Part shown: positions 38,642 through 47,334 of the stretch, piece by piece | Numbering within the stretch: the stretch's first letter is position 1 | How the letters are laid out: each line of letters opens with the position of its first letter | Assembly (NCBI GenBank): GCA_022841475.1 | Contig: JALHRJ010000019.1 | Location: forward strand, 13,733-77,732 | Length of the DNA stretch: 64,000 nt | DNA from: Cyclobacteriaceae bacterium | Lineage (GTDB): Bacteria; Bacteroidota; Bacteroidia; Cytophagales; Cyclobacteriaceae | Direction of reading: 5' to 3' | The notes under the pieces: generated by a model | Database searches by the model: none | What the model was told of the DNA's origin: nothing | Seen by the model: only the letters and a program-made list of their open reading frames with translations | Translations under genes and position numbers: made by a program

Positions 38642-38733
38642 GGCTATATAGTTTATAAATTAAGATGCTAGACTAACATGATGGGTTGCATCAAGTCCTC
38701 CAATTCAGAAAAAATAGTTTAGTCAGGTAGGTC

Positions 38734-38763
38734 TTAGACGCCTATCTTAAGAAATAGGTTACA
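38734..38763 (-). promoter_or_regulatory. Candidate ECF promoter
   Basis: TGTAAC-N17-CGTCTAA on - strand upstream of permease. Confidence 0.5.
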
Positions 38764-38784
38764 TCTCCATTGAAACTTTTTAAC

Positions 38785-38821
38785 AATAAATATCACCTAG
38801 CTATGTGAGGTGATATTTATT
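38785..38821 (-). terminator. Hairpin terminator between the two permease genes
   Basis: AATAAATATCACCT-N9-AGGTGATATTTATT. Confidence 0.7.
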
Positions 38822-38839
38822 TCTATACTTCGGCAAGTA

Positions 38840-41242
38840 TTACTCATCTCGTAACGTTTTTGTAGGATTTAACGAGGCTGTACTGATAGTTTTATATCCT
38901 ACCGAGGCAACGGCAATAAACAACATCGTCAATATTGAAACAGTAAGACTTACAATACCAATTTTCAGGTAATATTCCCAGATTGAATCCATGAGGGTAT
39001 CTGCCATATAATACCCTGCCGCGCCTCCAATAATAGTGGCTATTCCAAGATTAACGGCAAATTCGAAGTTGATTACCTGCGCAATATTGAAAATGGAAGC
39101 ACCTAATACTTTTCGAACACCAATTTCTTTCATCTTCTTTACAATATTCAATGAAACTAAGGTAAACATGCCTATGCCTGTCATTAAAGCAGCAAAAAAA
39201 CCCAAAAATCCGAACATGATTACAATATTATTATTGATCTCAGCGGTCTCCTGTAGTTCCTGCTCAATCATCTGCCCGTTATAAACTGTATTCGGAAATA
39301 CTTCTTTCCATTTTTCTTCCATAAATTCATTCACAGAGGCAAATTTAGATGGATCTGTCTTTATCACTACTTGTTGAAATTTGTCAGGCGATGTGTAACG
39401 AATCATCAACGGTTGAATCGGATCCCATAAAGCTCGCGCATAAATATTTTTTACAACCCCCACAACATACAACTGTACCGTATCCATCCAGACAAGGCGT
39501 TTTCCTATGGGACTATCCGTCCAGCCAAATTCCTTAACGAGCTCTTCTGTTACCAGCACTGATTCCTTACGATCAGTCTCTGAATCTTTTTGAAAATTGC
39601 GACCCGCAACCAATTTCATGTCCATCACATCAAAGTAGTTGTCGCCAATATCAAAGATGTCTACCTCGCGCTCTAAAGATTCATACTTCACAGGGTCATT
39701 GTACCAGGCATTAGCCACATGATGTCTTGTGCCCGCAATCAACTGAATATCTTTATTGGACGATAGGGCATCACGGTAAGTATTGTATCCCCCTTCGTTG
39801 TTAACCCATACCGATATAATGCCCTTGGTTGCAAAACCAAGATCATAATCTTTCTGATACTCTCCATTGTTGTAGAAAGCCACCCCCATAATGATTGAAA
39901 GTATAGAGATTACAAATTGTCCACCTAACAAAAACCGGGTAAACCAATTGGTACCTCCAAATTTTGCCCGGCCTTTAAGAATCGAAACGGGTTCAAAGGA
40001 AGTGATGTAAAAAGATGGGTAACCACCTGCAATAATGGCGGTGAGAAACAAGAGAACAAAAAGAAATGCAAGAAATCCTATATTCTCTGTATAACTCAAA
40101 TTCAATTCAAGCCATGGCCACAGTGAATCATAGGCAGGAACAAGCCACTCAGCTATTATCAAACCTGCTGCTAAACCTAAAAAACACAGAATCAAATTTT
40201 CACCCAAAAATTGAAATACTAATTGACTTCGCATTCCGCCCATCACCTTTCGAATACCAATTTCTTTCAATCTTCGGCTTGAAATAGCTATAGAGGTATT
40301 CGTAAAATTGAAGCAGGCTAATAGTAGTAGAAGCCCGGCCATAATAGCGGGAAGTGTAACTGCTTCAGATGGAATTCCACCATAGAGCCAGTCGTTGTTC
40401 ACACGAGGATTTGCCCGATTACGTTGCATCATGCCGTTGAAGTTCTCCAGATAGTAGGAAGTCACCTTGAAATCTTCACGGGCTTTATTTTGCGGTTCAA
40501 TGTAACTTTGAAGTTGTTTTGTTACAGAGGCAACCACGGAGGGGTCTTTTATTTCAATAAATAAAGTATTCCACCGCTTCCAGCTCGACTCGCTCATCTC
40601 CGGATCAAGATTAATATCCCAGAAATTATCAAACAGAGTTACTACTTCAAATCGAAAACTTGAATTTTGTGGCAGTTGTTTAAACACCCCGCCAATCAAA
40701 AACTCTTTAGGTCTGCGTATTCCATCTTTACCAAGAATTATTTGGGTGATAGAGCGCCCGATCACATCCTCCTCATTGAAATATTTCAATGCAACTTCGT
40801 CACTGATAAACACTTTGCTTTTGTCGTAGAAATCAGCGAAGGTTCCATACTTCAGTTCATAAGTAAACAAGTCGAAGAATCCAGAATCCACAAATACCAT
40901 CTGGGTTCCGAAAACCTCCTCACCAATTCTGATATCACAATAAGAAGGAGTGTAACGAACTACCTTCGTGACCTCTTTGAAGTTTTGCTTTACATAATTC
41001 CCAAGAGGCATAGGCGCCATCCCGTAACGCTCAGAGCGACCCTGGAAATCTCTTACAAATTGTACTCGATAAATCTGATCGGCATTTACATGCTTTGAAT
41101 CCCAGGTGGTAGCAAATTCCCAATTGACATACGCAACAATGCAACATGCAATGGCGATACCCATACCAAAGACGTTAATAATTATGAAGACCTTGTTCTT
41201 GGCAAGACTCCGTAGCGTGATGAGTAAGTAGTTTTTAATCAT
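38840..41242 (-). CDS. MacB/FtsX-type ABC permease
   Basis: MIKNYLLITLRSL, RLKEIGIRK, KMKEIGVRK, LNPTKTLRDE. Confidence 0.92.
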   Translation of the reverse strand: MIKNYLLITLRSLAKNKVFIIINVFGMGIAIACCIVAYVNWEFATTWDSKHVNADQIYRVQFVRDFQGRSERYGMAPMPLGNYVKQNFKEVTKVVRYTPSYCDIRIGEEVFGTQMVFVDSGFFDLFTYELKYGTFADFYDKSKVFISDEVALKYFNEEDVIGRSITQIILGKDGIRRPKEFLIGGVFKQLPQNSSFRFEVVTLFDNFWDINLDPEMSESSWKRWNTLFIEIKDPSVVASVTKQLQSYIEPQNKAREDFKVTSYYLENFNGMMQRNRANPRVNNDWLYGGIPSEAVTLPAIMAGLLLLLACFNFTNTSIAISSRRLKEIGIRKVMGGMRSQLVFQFLGENLILCFLGLAAGLIIAEWLVPAYDSLWPWLELNLSYTENIGFLAFLFVLLFLTAIIAGGYPSFYITSFEPVSILKGRAKFGGTNWFTRFLLGGQFVISILSIIMGVAFYNNGEYQKDYDLGFATKGIISVWVNNEGGYNTYRDALSSNKDIQLIAGTRHHVANAWYNDPVKYESLEREVDIFDIGDNYFDVMDMKLVAGRNFQKDSETDRKESVLVTEELVKEFGWTDSPIGKRLVWMDTVQLYVVGVVKNIYARALWDPIQPLMIRYTSPDKFQQVVIKTDPSKFASVNEFMEEKWKEVFPNTVYNGQMIEQELQETAEINNNIVIMFGFLGFFAALMTGIGMFTLVSLNIVKKMKEIGVRKVLGASIFNIAQVINFEFAVNLGIATIIGGAAGYYMADTLMDSIWEYYLKIGIVSLTVSILTMLFIAVASVGYKTISTASLNPTKTLRDE

Positions 41243-41262
41243 GAAAGGGAAATTATGTTAAC

Positions 41263-41291
41263 AAGGACGGATAACAATGCTTAAGGTTGCA
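41263..41291 (-). promoter_or_regulatory. Candidate ECF promoter
   Basis: TGCAAC-N16-CGTCC on - strand, about 20 bp upstream of ATG. Confidence 0.45.
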
Positions 41292-41300
41292 TGGTGAATC

Positions 41301-41316
41301 CCAAGAAATATGCCAA
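41301..41316 (-). promoter_or_regulatory. Candidate sigma-54 -24/-12 promoter
   Basis: TTGGCATATTTCTTGG on - strand. Confidence 0.55.
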
Positions 41317-41387
41317 CCGTTCACTTTAGTTAGTTTGATTTAATCAAGCAAGAAAAAGCATTTTGAACTTGTTGGCAAAGGCAAGCA

Positions 41388-41423
41388 TGTTCAAAAGTGT
41401 ACAGTGTTGTTCAATTCTGTTCG
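41388..41423. promoter_or_regulatory. Tandem candidate enhancer (bEBP) sites
   Basis: TGTTCA-AAAG-TGTACA and TGTTCA-ATTC-TGTTCG, 20 bp apart. Confidence 0.45.
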
Positions 41424-41440
41424 CCTTCCCAAAAAAGAAT

Positions 41441-41469
41441 AAAGCCCATTCTGAAAACAGAACGGGCTT
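41441..41469 (-). terminator. Intrinsic terminator after ABC ATPase
   Basis: AAGCCC-ATTCTG-AAAA-CAGAAC-GGGCTT with T-run on - strand. Confidence 0.75.
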
Positions 41470-41538
41470 ATATTCTAACCTAAACCTAAACTATGAAGAA
41501 CGAATCAGGAAAGTGCTTCCCTGAAATCTTAAATCAAC

Positions 41539-42228
41539 TTAAATATGAAACTGCTCTTTGATATTTTCCGTAACGACTTTGCCATCGAAAAGATTGATGA
41601 TGCGATGTGCATAATTTGCATCATACGGTGAGTGAGTTACCATCACGATGGTGGTTCCTTCCTCATTTAATTGAGATAACAGTTTCATTACTTCCTCGCC
41701 ATTGGCTGAATCCAAATTTCCTGTAGGTTCATCGGCCAGAATCACTTTGGGTTTTGCTACAATAGCACGTGAAATGGCAACACGCTGCTGCTGTCCACCC
41801 GATAATTGCTGGGGGAAGTGGTTTCTTCTATGCATGATATTCATGCGTTCCAAAACTTCTTCTACTCTTTTCTTACGCTCATCAGAGGGCACCTTCAAAT
41901 AAAGCAAAGGAAGTTCTACGTTTTCAAATACGGTAAGCTCATCAATAAGATTAAAGCTCTGAAATACAAAACCAATTGATCCTTTGCGCAATTGGGCTCG
42001 TTGGCGTTCTGAATATTTGGCTACTTCGTGTTCACCGAAATGATATTCGCCTCCCGATGGATTATCGAGCAAACCAAGAATGTTTAGCAAGGTGGATTTA
42101 CCACAACCGGATGGCCCCATGATGGCTACAAATTCACCATCCTTAATTTCAAGATTAATATTATTGAGGGCGGTGGTTTCTACTTCTTCAGTAGTATAAA
42201 CTTTTTCAAGATTTTTTAGTTTGATCAT
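41539..42228 (-). CDS. ABC transporter ATP-binding protein (MacB/LolD-type)
   Basis: GPSGCGKST, LSGGQQQR, ILADEPTGNLD. Confidence 0.95.
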   Translation of the reverse strand: MIKLKNLEKVYTTEEVETTALNNINLEIKDGEFVAIMGPSGCGKSTLLNILGLLDNPSGGEYHFGEHEVAKYSERQRAQLRKGSIGFVFQSFNLIDELTVFENVELPLLYLKVPSDERKKRVEEVLERMNIMHRRNHFPQQLSGGQQQRVAISRAIVAKPKVILADEPTGNLDSANGEEVMKLLSQLNEEGTTIVMVTHSPYDANYAHRIINLFDGKVVTENIKEQFHI

Positions 42229-42332
42229 AACCAGTTCGGTTTAATTGTTAGATGAGGTAAGTGGAGATATAGTTTTAAGGGATTACTTAATTTTTCTTCA
42301 AAGGTTACTTTCCAAAATTATAATTCTGTGTA

Positions 42333-42361
42333 TTAGACGCCAGTTTTTATAAATAGTTGCA
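42333..42361 (-). promoter_or_regulatory. Candidate ECF promoter
   Basis: TGCAAC-N16-CGTCTAA on - strand upstream of ATPase. Confidence 0.55.
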
Positions 42362-43612
42362 TCAGTTGAGTATTAAAACCTCGTTGTTGCCAAAATTCTC
42401 GTAGGATGATGTAATTACCCGATCGCCAGGCTGCAAACCTTCCAGCACTTCAAAATTTTCTGTGTTCTTGCGCCCAAGTTTAATATTTCTGCGAACTGCT
42501 TTATTATCACTATCCAAAACAAACACCCAGTTGCCACCCGTGTCTTTATAAAATCCACCAACAGGCAAAAGCAGTTCTTCTGAAGCCAGACCTAACTCAA
42601 TGCGCAAGCGTAAGGATTGACCACGTCTGATTCCAGGCGGTACATCGCCTTGAAATTCCAAGTCAACTTCAAATCGGCCATTTTGTATAGTTGGATAAAT
42701 ATAATTGATCGTTAAATAGTAATCTTTACCAACAAAATTGGGAAGCACTACAGGTAATCCCACTGAAATTTTTGGCAAGTATAATTCGTCAATAGGGACA
42801 CGCACTTTATAACTTCCAACAATATCTACCTGGCCCATACGCTGACCTTGTTGTACAGATTGACCGATCTCCCAATGGGGTGTAGAAAGTTGTCCATCAA
42901 TAGGAGCTCGTATAACGAGGTTGTCCAGAATTTTAGATAAACCATTCAAACTTATCATCATCTTTTGTTCCGACTCAGCTGTAAACTTCAACTGACGAAT
43001 CCGGTCGATGGAATCATTTTTATAAACTTCATACGTGATTCTTTTTCTCTCGAGGTTGTATTTATAATTCGCTTCGGTTTGTTCAAATTCCTGCTTGGCA
43101 ATTAATTTCTTTTCATACAGTTGTTTCTGGCGGTTATACTGAGGCTCCAGAATCTGCAACTGGTTTTCAATTAAAGCCAATTGTTGGCGCTGATCCAGGT
43201 CATTTCGCATAATATTCAACTTGGTCTCACGCGCCCGATTTATACTTTCATTAAAAGAAGCTTCTTGTTGCAAAACGGTGAGCTCCCGGTTAAGGTTAGT
43301 AAGTTCCAGAATAACATCGCCTTGTTTCAGCATCTTTCCGCTTTCACTTACAATGCGTTTTATATTACCGCCTTCGATTGCATCGAGATAAACCGTGCGG
43401 CTTGGTTCCACCGTTCCTGTTTGCGGAATAAATTCTTTAAACTCACCACGCGTCACTGTGGAGATAGTGAGTTTATCCTTGTCTGTTTTAAAGGTTGATC
43501 TGCGATCGGCAAAAATGAATTGATAGGCTATAAAAAATACAAGCAAGGCAATTCCGCCATAGGTTGCAATTCGCTTCAAGGTCCAGGTCTTCTTTGCGAT
43601 CTTCTTATCCAT
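42362..43612 (-). CDS. Efflux RND/MacA-type periplasmic adaptor
   Basis: N-terminal anchor, lipoyl-like GGNIKRI, coiled coil, IRAPIDG, EVLEGLQPGDRVITS. Confidence 0.9.
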   Translation of the reverse strand: MDKKIAKKTWTLKRIATYGGIALLVFFIAYQFIFADRRSTFKTDKDKLTISTVTRGEFKEFIPQTGTVEPSRTVYLDAIEGGNIKRIVSESGKMLKQGDVILELTNLNRELTVLQQEASFNESINRARETKLNIMRNDLDQRQQLALIENQLQILEPQYNRQKQLYEKKLIAKQEFEQTEANYKYNLERKRITYEVYKNDSIDRIRQLKFTAESEQKMMISLNGLSKILDNLVIRAPIDGQLSTPHWEIGQSVQQGQRMGQVDIVGSYKVRVPIDELYLPKISVGLPVVLPNFVGKDYYLTINYIYPTIQNGRFEVDLEFQGDVPPGIRRGQSLRLRIELGLASEELLLPVGGFYKDTGGNWVFVLDSDNKAVRRNIKLGRKNTENFEVLEGLQPGDRVITSSYENFGNNEVLILN

Positions 43613-43668
43613 AGTACTGTTTAAAACTCAGAATGAAATAGTATTTTCTTAAATCCTTCATGCACTTG

Positions 43669-43684
43669 CCAACAAGCGTGCCAA
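43669..43684 (-). promoter_or_regulatory. Candidate sigma-54 -24/-12 promoter
   Basis: TTGGCACGCTTGTTGG on - strand. Confidence 0.6.
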
Positions 43685-43735
43685 CGGGGTTTAACCGATA
43701 AAAGATGCCTTTTCACCAGAATTTGATTTATTTCT

Positions 43736-43771
43736 AGTTCACATATGAACGAGATTGTCCGATTGCGGACA
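43736..43771. promoter_or_regulatory. Tandem candidate enhancer (bEBP) sites
   Basis: AGTTCA-CATA-TGAACG and TGTCCG-ATTG-CGGACA, 20 bp apart. Confidence 0.55.
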
Positions 43772-43847
43772 AGAGTTATTACCTTTGAAATGGCTGTCTT
43801 GCGAATTCATTCAAATAATGCATATCTCGATTTAGGTATTAATATTG

Positions 43848-43868
43848 CCTACCTGACCGGTAGGCAGG
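43848..43868. repeat. 21-bp palindromic mini-element
   Basis: CCTACCTGACCGGTAGGCAGG; ends match the insert at 63877-63910. Confidence 0.6.
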
Positions 43869-43902
43869 CCCATTTGCGGACAGGCCAAAAACTTAATCCA
43901 CT

Positions 43903-45288
43903 ATGTCTGAAACCAAACATGGCAAAATCCTGATCGTTGACGACAACGAAGATTTATTGAAAGCAGCAAAAATGTATCTGAAGCGCCATGTTGCGCAAGT
44001 AGATATTGAGAAAAACCCTGAAGCTTTACCTTCCCTGATGGGCAATGAAGATTATGATGTAATTCTGCTCGATATGAATTTTACCAAAGATGTGAGCAGT
44101 GGCAGTGAAGGTTATTATTGGTTGGAAAGAATCTTGAGTATCGATCCATCTGCTGTAGTGGTTTTGATTACCGCATATGGCGATGTGCAAATGGCGGTAA
44201 AAGCTATTAAAGCCGGAGCTACAGATTTTGTATTAAAGCCCTGGGAGAATGAAAAATTACTCGCCACCATTTATTCATCCATGCGTTTACGCGAATCGCG
44301 CGATCAGGTGCAAACCCTGAAGAACAAGAATCAGGAAATCAACCAATCTATCAATGAAAAATACAGCGACATCATTGGGCAGAGCCAGGCGATGCAACGT
44401 ATTTTTCAAACCATTGAACGAGTGGCCCAAACAGATGCCAATGTTTTGATTTTAGGAGAAAACGGAACCGGAAAAGAAATGATTGCACGTGCAATACACC
44501 GAAACTCGGCCCGCAAAAATGAATCGTTTGTTGGCGTTGATCTCGGGTCGATCACCGAAACACTATTTGAAAGCGAACTATTTGGCCATAAGAAAGGTGC
44601 GTTTACGGATGCAAAGGAAGATCGTGCCGGTCGGTTTGAATTAGCCAATCAGGGCACATTATTTTTAGATGAAATCGGAAATCTCTCCATGCCATTACAG
44701 GCGAAACTTCTTACTGCCATTCAGAATAAAAAAGTAAGTCGGGTGGGTTCTAATAAGGATACGCAAATTGATTTACGTTTGATATGCGCCACCAATCTTC
44801 CACTTTACGATATGGTGAAAGAAAACCGCTTTCGTCAAGACTTATTATATCGTATAAACACAATTGAAATTGAGATTCCACCTTTGCGAGATCGGATCGA
44901 AGATATCCCCTTGCTTGCTCATCACTTTCTTAAATTTTACGCAGGAAAATATGGAAAGTCGATCACCAAAATTAGTGAAGGCGCCATGACCCGGATGACG
45001 AAACATCCGTGGCCTGGTAACATTCGCGAATTGCAACATTCTCTGGAGCGAGCAATCATTCTTAGCAACTCATCAGTGTTGCAACCTGAAGACTTTAATT
45101 TTTCTGTTCAGTCAGCCAAAGAAAGTGATCAACAAATAAATCTCGATCAATTCAATCTGGATGAAGTGGAAAAACTTCTTATTCGCAAGGTTCTGAAAAA
45201 GTACAATGGCAACATCACTCAGGCTGCAGCCGAATTAGGACTCACCCGATCTTCCTTGTATCGAAGGCTGGAAAAACACGGACTTTAA
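43903..45288 (+). CDS. Sigma-54-dependent response regulator (REC-AAA+-Fis HTH)
   Basis: GENGTGKE, ESELFGH..GAFTDA, LFLDEIG, WPGNIREL, SLYRRLEK. Confidence 0.95.
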   Translation: MSETKHGKILIVDDNEDLLKAAKMYLKRHVAQVDIEKNPEALPSLMGNEDYDVILLDMNFTKDVSSGSEGYYWLERILSIDPSAVVVLITAYGDVQMAVKAIKAGATDFVLKPWENEKLLATIYSSMRLRESRDQVQTLKNKNQEINQSINEKYSDIIGQSQAMQRIFQTIERVAQTDANVLILGENGTGKEMIARAIHRNSARKNESFVGVDLGSITETLFESELFGHKKGAFTDAKEDRAGRFELANQGTLFLDEIGNLSMPLQAKLLTAIQNKKVSRVGSNKDTQIDLRLICATNLPLYDMVKENRFRQDLLYRINTIEIEIPPLRDRIEDIPLLAHHFLKFYAGKYGKSITKISEGAMTRMTKHPWPGNIRELQHSLERAIILSNSSVLQPEDFNFSVQSAKESDQQINLDQFNLDEVEKLLIRKVLKKYNGNITQAAAELGLTRSSLYRRLEKHGL

Positions 45289-45378
45289 ATTTGAATATTT
45301 GAAAATGAGCCAATTTGAGAATTGGATGTTTATCAAACTTACCATGAGTGTACACTCCCCATTTTCAAATCTTCAAAT
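45289..45378. repeat. AT-rich inverted repeat with 8-bp periodicity between regulator and kinase
   Basis: ATTTGAATATTTGAAAATG (45289-45307) / CATTTTCAAATCTTCAAAT (45360-45378), 18 of 19 complementary. Confidence 0.7.
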
Positions 45379-45400
45379 TAACAAATTGACTAATTAGTTT

Positions 45401-46744
45401 ATGTTTAATGACTTTCGGTTTCGGGTTGCGTTGCGGGTAGTGTTGCTTGGGCTTACCGTGTCACTTTTTGTATTCATGGTCAGTAAGCCGAATATGATTT
45501 TTGCGGCCGGCCTGATGGCATTTATTATTATTGGGCAATTGGCCGAACTATTTCGCTTCACTTCACAAACCAACCGCAAACTTACCCGCTTTCTAGAATC
45601 CGTAAAATATTCTGACTTCATTTCCGGGTTTGCCAACGACAATAAGTTAGGGAAGAGTTTTCGCGAACTCAATGCAGCTTTCAATGAAGTATTAGAAGCC
45701 TTCCGGAAAGCTAGAACGGAAAAAGAAGAGCATTGGCAATATCTCAATACGATTGTGCAACAAGTACGCACGGGTATCCTTTCTTTCGATCCGGATGGGA
45801 CCGTTCAATTGATGAATCCGATTGCCAAACGTTTTGTGGGTATCATCAACATGAAAAATGTGAATGAGCTGAAGGATAGAAACCCCAATTTATACAAAGC
45901 ACTGATGGAGGTTCAGTCTGGAAAAAGTACGCTTTATAAATCAGGAAATGAATTTTTATTAACCTTGCAAGCTACCGAGCTACGCATCCGCGGCAACACG
46001 GTAAAGTTAGTTACGCTTCAAAACATTCAAACGGAATTGCAGAAACAAGAACTGGAATCCTGGCAAAACCTTACCCGCGTATTGCGGCATGAGATCATGA
46101 ATTCCATTACCCCCATCTCGTCACTTACATCCACCCTACGAGAAATCCTTGATCATGACCTCACAAAAAAAGAGCATCATTATGAGTTAAAAACAGAAGG
46201 CGCTGAAGACTTGCGGGAAGGTTTAACTACCATTGAAAGCCGGAGCAAAGGACTTATCAAATTTATTGATGCCTATCGCGAATACACTTCCTTGCCCCAG
46301 CCAAAAATTCAGCGTATCCGGATTGCTGATCTGCTGGAAAAAGTGGCTCAGCTACTAAAACCAGAATTAAAGAAAACCACTATTCAATTCGGTTATCACT
46401 GCGATTCAGAGTACCTGACAATAGATGCGGATCAGGAAATGATTGAACAGGTTTTAATTAATCTGATTAAGAACGCTATGGAGGCTTTAGATCATTCCAG
46501 TAATGGAAAAATTGAATTAAAAGGAACCTATGCGGATAATCGGGTTCTTATCTCCGTATCTGATAATGGTTCGGGCATCATTCCGGAAGCAATCGAGCGG
46601 GTGTTTATTCCCTTTTTTACCACTAAAAAAACCGGATCGGGAATTGGTCTTGCACTTTCACGACAAATCATGCAGATGCACAACGGTTCATTAAGCGTTA
46701 AATCAGAACCTGATGTTAAGACAACGTTTACCTTGAGCTTTTGA
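45401..46744 (+). CDS. Sensor histidine kinase (PAS-like, HisKA, HATPase)
   Basis: LRHEIMNS, NLIKNA, DNGSG, FFTTK, GSGIGL. Confidence 0.93.
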   Translation: MFNDFRFRVALRVVLLGLTVSLFVFMVSKPNMIFAAGLMAFIIIGQLAELFRFTSQTNRKLTRFLESVKYSDFISGFANDNKLGKSFRELNAAFNEVLEAFRKARTEKEEHWQYLNTIVQQVRTGILSFDPDGTVQLMNPIAKRFVGIINMKNVNELKDRNPNLYKALMEVQSGKSTLYKSGNEFLLTLQATELRIRGNTVKLVTLQNIQTELQKQELESWQNLTRVLRHEIMNSITPISSLTSTLREILDHDLTKKEHHYELKTEGAEDLREGLTTIESRSKGLIKFIDAYREYTSLPQPKIQRIRIADLLEKVAQLLKPELKKTTIQFGYHCDSEYLTIDADQEMIEQVLINLIKNAMEALDHSSNGKIELKGTYADNRVLISVSDNGSGIIPEAIERVFIPFFTTKKTGSGIGLALSRQIMQMHNGSLSVKSEPDVKTTFTLSF

Positions 46745-46763
46745 GTCGATGTAAGCCAAAAAA

Positions 46764-47258
46764 TTAATTATTCAAAAAATCATCCCACTCAGTATGCGAA
46801 CTATTGTTATCGTTCAGGAAAAGCGCATAGGAAGGCTTATAGGGCTTGCGCTTTAAAATCATTTGGGCTTCATCCGGTGTGAAGTCGCCTTTTTTCGCAT
46901 TGCACTTTTTACACGCGGTAACCAGGTTTGTCCAGGTGTGGGTGCCCCCTCGTGAACTGGGAACAACATGATCCAGAGTTAAATCTCTACGGGTGCCGCA
47001 ATATTGACATTCAAAGTTATCTCGCTTAAAAACATTCTGACGGGTAAGACTTACACCTTTATAGGGAGCATTTACATAACGGTTTAACCGGATCACGGAA
47101 GGCATCGGAAACGATTGGGTGACGGAATTAATCCGATAGCCATTGGCCGGGCGAACGAGTTCACTTTTGTTCAGGTAAACCAACACAAAAGCTCGCTGTA
47201 CGGAACATACCATCAACGGACTGTCATCTTGATTAAGGACCAAAACCCGATTGTTCAT
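46764..47258 (-). CDS. HNH endonuclease
   Basis: CQYC...DHVVP...GG...N...C..CN; start set at MNNRVLVLN (47258). Confidence 0.88.
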   Translation of the reverse strand: MNNRVLVLNQDDSPLMVCSVQRAFVLVYLNKSELVRPANGYRINSVTQSFPMPSVIRLNRYVNAPYKGVSLTRQNVFKRDNFECQYCGTRRDLTLDHVVPSSRGGTHTWTNLVTACKKCNAKKGDFTPDEAQMILKRKPYKPSYALFLNDNNSSHTEWDDFLNN

Positions 47259-47334
47259 AAAGTGAAAGATAACCCCAAAGTTTGGGTTTATCAAGACAAC
47301 CAATTACCAGCCAGTGGTTTAAACCTGGAATTAT

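Noticed and set aside
38668-38690. CTAGACT-N10-GTTGCA as another ECF-type site
   Set aside because: The 10-bp spacer is incompatible with the 16-17 bp seen at the other sites.
46764-47258. HNH nuclease as a defence or homing element
   Set aside because: It is a short stand-alone HNH in a housekeeping run (smpB, NlpC/P60), with no methylase, intron, repeats or mobility signs.
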